Shown here: piece by piece, positions 39,804-49,077 of the stretch
How the letters are laid out: each line of letters opens with the position of its first letter
Position numbering within the stretch: the stretch's first letter is position 1
Assembly (NCBI GenBank): GCA_052246995.1
Contig: JBQPWD010000006.1
Location: 64,001 to 128,000 of the forward strand
Origin: Candidatus Bathyarchaeota archaeon
GTDB lineage: Archaea > Thermoproteota > Bathyarchaeia > Hecatellales > Hecatellaceae
Length of the DNA stretch: 64,000 bases
Direction of reading: 5' to 3'
Notes under the pieces: generated by a model
Told to the model about the DNA's origin: nothing
The model's database searches: none
What the model saw: only the letters and a program-made list of their open reading frames with translations
Position numbers and translations under genes: made by a program

Positions 39804-40352
39804 ATGATTCCAAAATATTTTTTTCTAACAAAGGGTGTTGGAAGGCATAAAGACTTACTCCAATCTTTCGAGTTAGCCTTAAGGAATGCAGGTATACATT
39901 ACTGTAACCTTGTCAATGTTTCAAGCATAGTACCACCTGGATGTAAACTTACATCAAAAGAAAAGGGGTTAAAAATGCTTAGCCCTGGAGAAGTAACTTT
40001 TGTTGTTTTATCTAGGAATTCAACAAACGAACCTCATAGGCTTATTGCAGCCTCAATAGGTGTAGCTATACCTTCAGGTAAAAATAACTATGGATACCTT
40101 TCAGAATACCATTCTTTTGGACAAACAGATGAAGCAGCTGGAGAGTATGCTGAAGACTTGGCGGCAACTATGCTTGCAACAACCATGGGGATACCCTTTA
40201 ACCCTGAAACAGCTTGGGATGAGCGAAAACAGCAATTTAAAGCAAGTGGGTTGATAATTAAAACAACTAATATAACTCAATCTGCTACAGGAGATAAAAA
40301 CGGTTTATGGACAACAGTTATCGCGGCGGCAGTATTCATACCACCAAAATAG
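39804..40352 (+). CDS. pdaD: Pyruvoyl-dependent arginine decarboxylase
   Basis: SFELALR.AGI...NLV.VSSI.PP (SS autocleavage site), [17 protein letters not shown]. Confidence 0.93.
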   Translation: MIPKYFFLTKGVGRHKDLLQSFELALRNAGIHYCNLVNVSSIVPPGCKLTSKEKGLKMLSPGEVTFVVLSRNSTNEPHRLIAASIGVAIPSGKNNYGYLSEYHSFGQTDEAAGEYAEDLAATMLATTMGIPFNPETAWDERKQQFKASGLIIKTTNITQSATGDKNGLWTTVIAAAVFIPPK

Positions 40353-40517
40353 TGCTTAAATTTTTTCAGAAACCTTGCTTTAAACAATAAATAAACTTAA
40401 AGCAATTTTTTGTTTTTAAAGTAATACTGAGATGAAGTCATACACATAATTACTTTAGTATCCTGATATTAATTGGGTACATTCACCTACCGTTGATGCG
40501 TTCAGAGGGAAACATAA

Positions 40518-42224
40518 GTGACCGCAGAAACCGTGGTAGGTTTAGTAATAGCAGGTATACTACTTGCATGGCTCTTCCGTAAACTTGGACTGTCAGATGT
40601 TGTTGGCTATGTTATTGGTGGAGCAATTGCAGCAGCTATTCTAACCATGGTGGGCATTGATGTTGAGGCTAACCTTGAGTATACCGAGCCATTGAGGTGG
40701 CTTGGTTTAACCTTATTCTCGTTCACAATTGGCACCTCAATAGGATTTCGCAAAATTGTAGAAAACCTACAGCGGGTTGTGGCCACTGAACTACTTGTCT
40801 ACGTAGTTTTATGGATTACCACTGGCTTTATTGCATGGATAATTCACCTAGACTATGCAGAAAGAACAGTCTTCTTCATTCTACTTGTTAATAGCTCAAC
40901 TGTAGCTTTAGTAGCCTTAGTAAAGCACCAGCATATAACCTCAGAAGCTCTGAAAGAAAGGGCTATTATACAGAGTAGTATGGAAGACGTTTTGCAATTT
41001 GTACTATTTACACTGCTGTTTATTGCAGAAATATCGCTAACTAGGGATTTTATTAGAGCTGCAACTCAAGTAGTTGTAGTTATAGGTCTCACGATTCTTC
41101 TCTTCACCTTAGGCAGATACCTCTTGCAGTTTTTAAGTAAAACCACATTTATAGCAGATAAAGACAACAAGTTTATTATAGCTGTAGGTACAGCACTACT
41201 GTTTGCATCTACCGCATCCATGGTTGGATTGCCTCCCCTTTTTGGGGCATTCATAGCGGGAGTATCCTTTTCTCTTTTTCTGTCATTGGAAGATGTGTCT
41301 GACATGATTAATGGACTAAAGAATCTAGGTTTGCTACTTTACTTTACATCAATAGGATCACAGATATACTTGAACATCGTGATTTCAAGCAGCCATGACA
41401 TTGTATTATCCGGTGTAATACTCGGTTTAATTGCCTACGCACTAAGGTTTTTCGGGTTGTTTATTGCGACACTCCTTACAGGAGGCAGCATCTCTGAAAG
41501 CTTCATCCTAGCGCTACATCTAAGTTTGCTGAGTGAAATGGGCATAATATTTGTGGATACACTTGCACGTGAAGGAGTAATTTCAAGTAGACCAGTTGCC
41601 TTATCCGTAATGGCGGTCTTGGTGTCAATGTTATTGTTTGGAATACTTGCTCCTAAACTTTCTCCAAGAGCATCTCGATTAGAAAAAATTATACCTCGCG
41701 GAATTACCGTTTTTCTTAACAATGTAGGAAAACTTTATGCGAGAAGAGTAGACATCGCTGTAGCCATGCTTACACCCCTGATAAAATTTACAACGATAGC
41801 ACTAGCTCTAGCATATCTCAACTCACTCATTTTAAACGCCGTGGATTTCTTTAAACTACCTGTAATAACAGCTGTAGTTTTGTCACTAATATTTTCCATA
41901 GTACTTATCATAGCCCTCATACGTGCCTTAAGAGGCTTTCTAAACACGTTTCTCAGAGTAGTATCAACACCCGTTAGAGGTCTGAGTATGGCCTTTAACG
42001 TGATGCTGGATGTCCTCGCCGGAGGAGTAGCCCTAGCATTACAAGCATATATTTTCTACGAAACCATACAGAGAATAATTGCTAGTGAAACATTACTATC
42101 CTACATTATTCTCGTAGCTGGAACGATTTTAATACCAGTACTGTTATACGAGCTGGTTAGATACTACCTTAAGTTAAAGCAATACCAAAACGGTATCGTG
42201 CATGATAAAAAGGTACATTTATAA
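40518..42224 (+). CDS. Cation:proton antiporter (CPA2/Kef-like) with extra C-terminal TM segments
   Basis: VVGYVIGG, SST, MED, GAFIAG, YFTSIG, SE motifs. Highly hydrophobic, no KTN domain visible. Confidence 0.82.
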   Translation: MTAETVVGLVIAGILLAWLFRKLGLSDVVGYVIGGAIAAAILTMVGIDVEANLEYTEPLRWLGLTLFSFTIGTSIGFRKIVENLQRVVATELLVYVVLWITTGFIAWIIHLDYAERTVFFILLVNSSTVALVALVKHQHITSEALKERAIIQSSMEDVLQFVLFTLLFIAEISLTRDFIRAATQVVVVIGLTILLFTLGRYLLQFLSKTTFIADKDNKFIIAVGTALLFASTASMVGLPPLFGAFIAGVSFSLFLSLEDVSDMINGLKNLGLLLYFTSIGSQIYLNIVISSSHDIVLSGVILGLIAYALRFFGLFIATLLTGGSISESFILALHLSLLSEMGIIFVDTLAREGVISSRPVALSVMAVLVSMLLFGILAPKLSPRASRLEKIIPRGITVFLNNVGKLYARRVDIAVAMLTPLIKFTTIALALAYLNSLILNAVDFFKLPVITAVVLSLIFSIVLIIALIRALRGFLNTFLRVVSTPVRGLSMAFNVMLDVLAGGVALALQAYIFYETIQRIIASETLLSYIILVAGTILIPVLLYELVRYYLKLKQYQNGIVHDKKVHL

Positions 42225-42478
42225 ACATAGGAAATTTGAAAACGTAGAAATTGAATTTTGTCCTAAGTTAAACGTGATTTTTGAGCTATTAGACTACGGA
42301 AAAACTATACTTCGTGTAATCATGAAAAAGCTTTTTGTACGTCTGAATGGGAAAGTAGACTGAAAAGTGTTCAGTGTTTATTGACAATGTTAACGTGTAC
42401 TTAGAAAAATCTAGAACAAGAGAAGCCCATTAGAATATTATTTGATGATATTGTATTTAGTCATTCCGAGTTTGCTTA
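42202..42478 (+). pseudogene. Decayed remnant of an ABC/SMC-type ATPase gene
   Basis: Manual translation of 42202-42363: MIKRYIYKHRKFENVEIEFCPKLNVIFELLDYGKTIL (degenerate LNVIxGxNxxGKT Walker A). A downstream fragment KPIRILFDD is Walker-B-like. Confidence 0.5.
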
Positions 42479-42659
42479 GCCTTTAGCCTGAAGATTTTCA
42501 ATAAACCTTAAAAATATCGGATTTACTGCTTTTGCTGATGTTTTTAAAGCTAAGGTAGTTTATATCCCTACTTAGAATCCGGTCGTAAGGGTATCCTAGT
42601 TCCGGCTCCTAGACGTTGCAGGAACACCATTAAAAATAGGCTCCAAACTTGAGGTATGA

Positions 42660-42746
42660 AGCCCCGGGCGGGCTTTGAACCCGCGACCTCGACCTTTCTA
42701 GCAGGTTTACCAGAGTCGCGCTCTAACCAGGCTGAGCTACCGGGGC
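42660..42746 (-). tRNA. tRNA-Thr(GGT) with a 12-nt intron at position 37/38 (42696-42707)
   Basis: Acceptor GCCCCGG/CCGGGGC plus T discriminator, D arm GCTC/GAGC, anticodon stem CGACT/GGTCG, T arm GCGGG-TTCAAAG-CCCGC. Intron AACCTGCTAGAA. CCA not encoded. Confidence 0.93.
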
Positions 42747-42833
42747 GCCTATTGTTGAACTTTTACTTCTGCTTATGTTTTTCTTATTTTAAATTTAAAC
42801 TTAATCTTAAACTTTTCCCAGATTTTTAAATTT

Positions 42834-43400
42834 TCATATTTTGCTTAAAATTTCTGCAAAGTTTTTTAGTATTCTTCCTGTAAGCCCCCATATAACGTTT
42901 TTTCCATGTTTAAGTGTGTAGGTTAAGTATTCCTCCTCCATATAGTTGTATACTTCAAGCTGGAAGTTTTCTGGTTTCAAAATTGAAACTGGAAGTTCAA
43001 GGATTTCTTCAACCTCCAAACTATCCTTTTTAAATTTTGGAGCATAGGAAATAAAACCTACAACAGGTGTTACAATGTAGTTTGATGTTAAGGTTTTATC
43101 GTCATCAAGCATACCCAGAATTCTTACATCCGCGGGATTTACACCAACCTCTTCAAAACACTCCCTAAGTGCCGTGTACTCCAAAGTTTTATCTTCATCA
43201 ACAAATCTACCTCCAGGGAGGGATATTTGCCCTTTATGAGATTCAACATTTTCAGTACGCTTGGTTAAGACAATATAATATTCACAATCTTTCATGTAAA
43301 GAAGAATTAAAACTGCAGCTCTTTCACGACCATCTAAAGCTAGTTTTCTTCTAACCCTTGTAGATAAAAACTTAGCTAACCTTTCCTCAAGACACATCAT
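42834..43400 (-). CDS. Nudix CoA pyrophosphatase (NudL/PCD1-like)
   Basis: AAVL, LTKR....SHKGQISLPGG, ALRECFEEVG Nudix box, IWGLTG. Confidence 0.93.
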   Translation of the reverse strand: MMCLEERLAKFLSTRVRRKLALDGRERAAVLILLYMKDCEYYIVLTKRTENVESHKGQISLPGGRFVDEDKTLEYTALRECFEEVGVNPADVRILGMLDDDKTLTSNYIVTPVVGFISYAPKFKKDSLEVEEILELPVSILKPENFQLEVYNYMEEEYLTYTLKHGKNVIWGLTGRILKNFAEILSKI

Positions 43401-43716
43401 AGAACATGTAACCTTGCCATGTTCTAGATGAATGTGTGCTTTAAACTTAAAAATAAGGTTTCTGCCTTACATAAAAGCAAATTGATTAAGTTTAAGATTG
43501 ACGTAAATTAAGCTGTAAAAGATCCTTGAATAAGCTTAGCTTTGACTAATAGCGAATGTTAAAAGTTTCAGTTTCACTAAAAACTACTTTATGAAGCTTT
43601 TAAAATCTAAGATGAACTAAATGTATCTATAGCAACCTAACAAGCAACAACTGTTAACTATAACTTCTTAAGCACGAAACCTCCAAACCTCCATTAGGGG
43701 AAGAGGCTAAGCAGGT

Positions 43717-44724
43717 TTGAGATTGCCAGAGTATGTTAGGGTTTCTTTAGGAACATCCACAATTTTAGGTTTAGAACTTGCCTTTTTAGCTGAAAGGCCT
43801 ACAACAGCATACCTCCAAACATTTTTTGATGGAAGATGTTCAGCTAACTGTAAATTTTGTGCCCAAGCAAGAAACAGCACCGCTGAAATTTATAGAATTG
43901 CTAGAGCTTTATATCCAGCTTACCAGGTAAAAGCTGTTTTAAATGGCTTGGAAAAAGCTTTTAACACTGGAAGGATTTTTAGGGTTTGTATCCAAACATT
44001 AAACTACCCCTGGATGCTTAATGACCTTAAAAGTTTAGTTAAAAGTATTAAGCTTAAAATTGATGTTCCAGTTTCAGCTTCAATCCATCCTATTTCTAAA
44101 GAGAAAATGGTTGAACTTTATGAGGTTGGAGTTGATAATATTGTTATACCTTTGGATGCGGCTTCAAAGGATGTTTTTGACGAGGTTAAGGGGTTAAAAG
44201 TTGGCAACCCTTATACTTGGGATGTTTACTGGAAAAAGTTTGAGGAGGCTTTAAAAGTTTTTGGTAAAGGAAGGGTTGGAACACATATAATAGTTGGACT
44301 TGGAGAAAAGGAAAAAGATTTAGTTGAAACAATCAAAAAACTTTATGATTTAAGTGTTTACTGCGGCTTATTTGCTTTTACCCCGATACCTAAAACATTG
44401 TTAGGAGAAGAGAAAAAGCCACCTATAGCAAGTTATAGGATTATCCAGTTGACTCATTACCTTATAGCCTCAAAAATGTTAAAACTGAGTGACGTATTTT
44501 TTGATGAAGAAGGTAAAATTCTTGGTTTTAACTTGGAGAAGAAAAAGCTTTTAGAGATTATTAGCTCAGGAAAACCCTTTCAAACAACAGGATGCCCACA
44601 CTGTAATAGACCATTTGCAACAGAAACACCCAATGAAATCTACAACTTTCCAAGGAAGCTTAGGAAAGATGAAATTAAACTTGTAACTAAACAACTTTCT
44701 GAGAGACTCAAAAGTTGGGGGTGA
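43717..44724 (+). CDS. lipS2: Radical SAM lipoyl synthase component LipS2
   Basis: CSANCKFC plus the TxGCPxCNRP signature (TTGCPHCNRP), adjacent to lipS1/gcvH/lpl. Confidence 0.85.
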   Translation: MRLPEYVRVSLGTSTILGLELAFLAERPTTAYLQTFFDGRCSANCKFCAQARNSTAEIYRIARALYPAYQVKAVLNGLEKAFNTGRIFRVCIQTLNYPWMLNDLKSLVKSIKLKIDVPVSASIHPISKEKMVELYEVGVDNIVIPLDAASKDVFDEVKGLKVGNPYTWDVYWKKFEEALKVFGKGRVGTHIIVGLGEKEKDLVETIKKLYDLSVYCGLFAFTPIPKTLLGEEKKPPIASYRIIQLTHYLIASKMLKLSDVFFDEEGKILGFNLEKKKLLEIISSGKPFQTTGCPHCNRPFATETPNEIYNFPRKLRKDEIKLVTKQLSERLKSWG

Positions 44725-45740
44725 AAACTGAAATTATGAGCGGCGGAGACATTAGGGAAATGCTTGATAAAGCAAGTTTAGGTTTAGGTTTAACGCTTGA
44801 GGAGGCAAAACTCCTGTTTAATGTTGAAGGTGAAAACTTTAAAAAACTTTTAAAAACCTCGCTTCAAACATTTTTTAGAAAAACTGGTGGAAAAGTAAGT
44901 TTTTATGAAAAAGCCTTTCCACCTATATCTATTACTGGTTATAATTGTGAGTTAAACTGTAAACATTGTAACAAATACTACCTTAAACATATGATACCAG
45001 TTGAAAACCAAGAAAAACTTGTTAATGTTGGCAGGATTCTTCATAAACAAGGTATTAAAGGTGTTTTGCTAAGCGGAGGTAGTAGAAAGGATGGAGTTGT
45101 TCCTTTAAACCTCTACCTTGATGCAATTAAGATTTTAAAAGAAAAGTTCAACTTTTTCATTGAAGCCCATACAGGATTAATAGGTTATGAAGATTCAAAC
45201 ATGCTTGTTAAAGCTGGAGTTGATGCAATGCTTCCTGATGTTGTTGGCGACGTTGAAACCACCATGCAAGTTTATGGTTTAAACGTCAAGCTGGAAGAAT
45301 ACGAGAAAATGCTTGACGGTATGAAAAAGGCTGGAGTAAAAAATGTTTCTCCCCATGTATGTATTGGACTTAACTTTGGCAGGATTAAAGGTGAATTAAA
45401 TGCTTTAAAAATAGTTTCAAAACATTCCCCGTCAGTTTTAGTTTTAACAATTCTAATTCCCACGGTTGGAACACCCATGGAAAAAGTTCAACCACCAAAA
45501 CCTGAAGACGTTGCAAAAATTATTGCTATAGCAAACTTAATGCTACCTGAAACCCCAATCTCCCTTGGATGTGTTAGACCAGGAGGAGTCTACAGAAATA
45601 TTGTTGACAGTTTAGCTATCAAAGCTGGAGTTTCAAGTGTAGCGGTACCCTCAGAGTCAGCTTTAACAGAGGCTAAAAGATTAGGTTTAAACATTAAAAG
45701 GTTTAAGGAAAACATGTGCTGTTGCGCTGTTAATGTTTAG
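44715..45740 (+). CDS. lipS1: Radical SAM lipoyl synthase component LipS1
   Basis: ISITG..CELNCKHC, LLSGG, LGCVRP and C-terminal CC motif. Confidence 0.85.
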   Translation: MGVKTEIMSGGDIREMLDKASLGLGLTLEEAKLLFNVEGENFKKLLKTSLQTFFRKTGGKVSFYEKAFPPISITGYNCELNCKHCNKYYLKHMIPVENQEKLVNVGRILHKQGIKGVLLSGGSRKDGVVPLNLYLDAIKILKEKFNFFIEAHTGLIGYEDSNMLVKAGVDAMLPDVVGDVETTMQVYGLNVKLEEYEKMLDGMKKAGVKNVSPHVCIGLNFGRIKGELNALKIVSKHSPSVLVLTILIPTVGTPMEKVQPPKPEDVAKIIAIANLMLPETPISLGCVRPGGVYRNIVDSLAIKAGVSSVAVPSESALTEAKRLGLNIKRFKENMCCCAVNV

Positions 45741-45806
45741 ATGGAGTAAAAAATTTAACCTTTAAAGAATATTCGTTTTTAACAAAGTTTTTAGGTGTAG
45801 CAAGGG

Positions 45807-46235
45807 ATGATGGTTGAAGAATTCTACTTCCCAGATAACTTGCTTTACAGTAGAAAACATACATGGGTTAGAGTTGAGAACGAAAAAGTTACAATAGGTT
45901 TAACAAGCTTAGGACAATCTTTAGCTAAAGGTATAGTGCATGTAGACTTGCTACATACTGGTCAAAATGTTAAAAGAAACGGAATTATAGCTTCGCTTGA
46001 AACCATTAAAGCTGTTGTTAAAGTTACATCACCACTAACAGGAAGGATTTTAGAGGTTAATGAGGTTTTAAAAGAAAAACCTGAAAAAATAAATGACGAT
46101 CCTTACGGTGAAGGTTGGATATGTAAAATTTATCCAACAAAAAAGGAAGAATTTGAAAAACTTCTAAACATTAAGGAAGCTGCAAAGTATTTTGAGAAAG
46201 TTATTAGAAAAGAAAGGGAAAGGTATGAAGATTAA
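45807..46235 (+). CDS. gcvH: Glycine cleavage H-like lipoyl carrier protein
   Basis: YSRKHTWV, LETIKAV (lipoyl Lys), SPLTG, NDDPYGEGW. Confidence 0.9.
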   Translation: MMVEEFYFPDNLLYSRKHTWVRVENEKVTIGLTSLGQSLAKGIVHVDLLHTGQNVKRNGIIASLETIKAVVKVTSPLTGRILEVNEVLKEKPEKINDDPYGEGWICKIYPTKKEEFEKLLNIKEAAKYFEKVIRKERERYED

Positions 46236-47004
46236 AAGTTTACGTTTTATAGATTTAGACCTTATCCAACTTGAAAAAATTCATGGAATTGAGGAAGCTA
46301 TAGCGCGCTCAAAAAAATTTAAACCAACTCTAATTTTTTGGAGGTCAATTAAGCCTGCACTTACTGTTGGATATTTTCAGAAGGTTGAAGAAAAACTTAA
46401 CATTGAAAAATGTCGTGAGTTAGGAGTTAGATTTGTGCGTAGGGTTAGTGGAGGCAGTGTTGGCCCCTTAGACCCTGACATACTGTCATACTCAGTAGTT
46501 CTTAAGGAGGAAAGTGGAGGGATAACAGGAAGTATTGAAAAAACCTATAACATCCTTTGTAGTGGCATTGTTTTAGCTTTTAAAAAACTTGGGTTAAACG
46601 CTTATCTTACACGTATAAGTGATGTGGAAATTGATGGTAAGAAAGTTTCTGGAAATGCTCAAGCTAGAGTTTGGGGCAAGGTTCTTCAGCATGGTTTTAT
46701 CTACCTAAACCTTGACCTAGAAACATTCAAAAATCTTCTTAACAAGGAAAAACTTAAGGAAAAAATTTCTTCCATGGATGAAAGAATTACATGCATTAAC
46801 AAAGAGCTTTTAAAGCTTGGAAGAAAACCGTTAACCATCGAAGAGCTTAAAAATTATTTAAAGAATGGGTTTGAGGAGGCTTTAAATGTTGAACTTATAA
46901 ATGAAGATTTAACTGACGAGGAAAAAATGAAAGCTGAAGATTATGCTAAAAAGTTTTTTACAGATGAATGGAATTTTAAGCTTGAAAAGTTAACACCACC
47001 ATAA
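46225..47004 (+). CDS. Lipoate-protein ligase / octanoyltransferase catalytic domain (LplA/LipM family)
   Basis: GYFQ, VRRVSGG, D....GKKVSGNAQ, LQHG, EWNF. No C-terminal LplB domain. ATG at 46225 preferred. Confidence 0.9.
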   Translation: MKIKSLRFIDLDLIQLEKIHGIEEAIARSKKFKPTLIFWRSIKPALTVGYFQKVEEKLNIEKCRELGVRFVRRVSGGSVGPLDPDILSYSVVLKEESGGITGSIEKTYNILCSGIVLAFKKLGLNAYLTRISDVEIDGKKVSGNAQARVWGKVLQHGFIYLNLDLETFKNLLNKEKLKEKISSMDERITCINKELLKLGRKPLTIEELKNYLKNGFEEALNVELINEDLTDEEKMKAEDYAKKFFTDEWNFKLEKLTPP

Positions 47005-47161
47005 TGTACATGAAATTCCTTTAAGAGAAGAAATTTTTGTTTTATTCTTCAGTTGACGGGAATTTAGTTTTAACATTCAAGCGTAAAATATTTAGGCTAA
47101 ATTTAAATATTCAACGTATCTTTCTATATACGAAACTAGGATTTTAGCGGAGGTTTGTGAT

Positions 47162-48688
47162 ATAAGAGGCTTAGAAACTCTAAGGAAGTATGAAGAAATA
47201 AATGAAAAAATTAAGCATGGAAATGTTGTTGTAATGACTGCGGATGAATTTGTTGAGTATGCAAAAACCCATGGTGTTGAAGCTGCTGCAAAGGAGGTTG
47301 ATGTTGTAACAACAGGAACCTTTGGGGCTATGTGTAGTTCGGGAGTATTTTTGAATTTTGGACATTCTGACCCGCCAATTAAGATGCATAAATGTTGGCT
47401 TAACGATGTTCCAGCTTACGGATGCCTCGCTGCAGTCGATGCCTACCTTGGTGCTACGGCTTTAAGTGAAACTAAAGGGTTGGAGTATGGTGGAGGACAT
47501 GTTATAGAGGACCTTGTAAGTGGAAAGGAAGTTGAGCTTCGTGGAGAAGGTTTTGTTACAGACTGCTACCCTAGAAACTATGTGGAAACTGTTATAACAA
47601 TTGAAGATTTAAATCAGGCAATACTTTTAAATCCACGCAACGCTTATCAACGATATAACGCTGCAACAAACACAACAGACCGTATCCTTTATACCTACAT
47701 GGGGACCCTTCTACCCCGTGCTGAAAACGTAAACTACTCTGGTTCAGGGCAGCTTAACCCCCTATACAAAGATAAAAATTTTGAAACTATAGGTGTTGGT
47801 ACAAGAATTTTTCTTGGTGGAGGCGTAGGCTACGTTGTTGGTGAAGGAACTCAGCATAATCCTCAAAACCAGTTTGGAACGATAATGGTTCGTGGAGACC
47901 TTAAACGTATGAATCCAAAATACCTTAAAGGTGCAACTTTTTACAGGTATGGTGTAACCCTTTATGTTGGTGTTGGAGTTCCAATACCGCTAATAAACAT
48001 GAGGGTTGCAGAGTCAGCAGCATTGTCAGATGAGGAAATCTTTACTGACATTGTTGATTATGGTGTTCCATCAAGTAGACGCCCATCTTTACGTAAAGTT
48101 TCTTATGCTGAGTTAAAATCTGAGAGGGTTGTTTTAAACGACAAAACTGTTCCGTCTTCTTCTCTTTCAAGCCTTAAGGTTGCTAAAGAGATAGCTGAAA
48201 CACTTAAAAGATGGATTGAGGAGGGGTTGTTCTTTCTCTCTAAACCTGTTGAACTTCTTCCAGGTTACATGGAGTTTAAACCTTTAAGGGTTAGAAGATA
48301 TGAGCCAAGAGTTAAGGATGTTATGGTAACAGATATTATAACAGCAAAAGTTACAGATAGTATTAAGGTTGTTGCTGAGCTTATTCTCAAGCATAACATA
48401 GATCATATACCAATTATTGATGAACATGGTAAGCTTGTGGGCATAGTTACATCATGGGATATTGCTAAAGCTGTTGCTAAAGGTAGTAAAAACCTAGATG
48501 AGATAATGACTAAAAAGGTGATTACAGCATCTGCAGAAGAGTCGCTGGACATTGTTGCTAGACGGCTTTCAGACAATAAAATTTCAGGTTTGCCTGTGGT
48601 TGATGAAGCTAATACTGTAATTGGCATAGTTACAACAGATGATCTAACAAAATTTTTAAGCAGATATAGGGGAAAACTTCCATGGTAA
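47162..48688 (+). CDS. Homocysteine biosynthesis protein / aspartate-semialdehyde sulfurtransferase (DUF39 + 2 CBS, MA1821-like), start uncertain
   Basis: VDVVTTGTFGAMCSSG, YGGGHVIEDL, TDCYPR, NPRNAYQ, YTYMG, C-terminal CBS pair. The conserved-looking EEINEKIK segment lies upstream of the track ATG (47234). Confidence 0.9.
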   Translation: MRGLETLRKYEEINEKIKHGNVVVMTADEFVEYAKTHGVEAAAKEVDVVTTGTFGAMCSSGVFLNFGHSDPPIKMHKCWLNDVPAYGCLAAVDAYLGATALSETKGLEYGGGHVIEDLVSGKEVELRGEGFVTDCYPRNYVETVITIEDLNQAILLNPRNAYQRYNAATNTTDRILYTYMGTLLPRAENVNYSGSGQLNPLYKDKNFETIGVGTRIFLGGGVGYVVGEGTQHNPQNQFGTIMVRGDLKRMNPKYLKGATFYRYGVTLYVGVGVPIPLINMRVAESAALSDEEIFTDIVDYGVPSSRRPSLRKVSYAELKSERVVLNDKTVPSSSLSSLKVAKEIAETLKRWIEEGLFFLSKPVELLPGYMEFKPLRVRRYEPRVKDVMVTDIITAKVTDSIKVVAELILKHNIDHIPIIDEHGKLVGIVTSWDIAKAVAKGSKNLDEIMTKKVITASAEESLDIVARRLSDNKISGLPVVDEANTVIGIVTTDDLTKFLSRYRGKLPW

Positions 48689-49077
48689 AGTTAAAGTTAA
48701 CCTATAGTCATAAAAGCTTAAGTAAACCTATTCTTGCTGAGGTTATACTTAAAACAGGTATACTCGTAAACATTCTGGAGGCAAGCGTTTCTCCTGTTTC
48801 AGGAGAAATTCTTGTTGATGTTGATGCTCCAAGGGAGAAAGTTGACAGCATTATTTCTTTGCTTAAGAGTTCAGGTGTAGACGTTAAAGAAATAACGCAA
48901 ATAGTTGAAATAGACATAAGCCGTTGTATCTCCTGCGGAGCATGTATTTCCCCATGTCCAACTCATGCTTTAACCTTAAACCAAGATTTAACTTTAAACT
49001 TTGATGAAAAAAAGTGCATCAGATGTAGAATATGTGTTAACGCATGTCCTATTAAAGTGATAAAATTTGTATACTAA
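48682..49077 (+). CDS. NIL domain + 2x[4Fe-4S] ferredoxin (MA1822-like)
   Basis: VNILEA NIL motif, CISCGACISPCP, CIRCRICVNACP. Confidence 0.92.
   Translation: MVKLKLTYSHKSLSKPILAEVILKTGILVNILEASVSPVSGEILVDVDAPREKVDSIISLLKSSGVDVKEITQIVEIDISRCISCGACISPCPTHALTLNQDLTLNFDEKKCIRCRICVNACPIKVIKFVY

Noticed and set aside
40420-40517. Fluoride riboswitch upstream of the cation:proton antiporter
   Set aside because: GAGATGAAGTC loosely recalls the motif start, but I could not build the required pseudoknot pairing or find the conserved downstream element.
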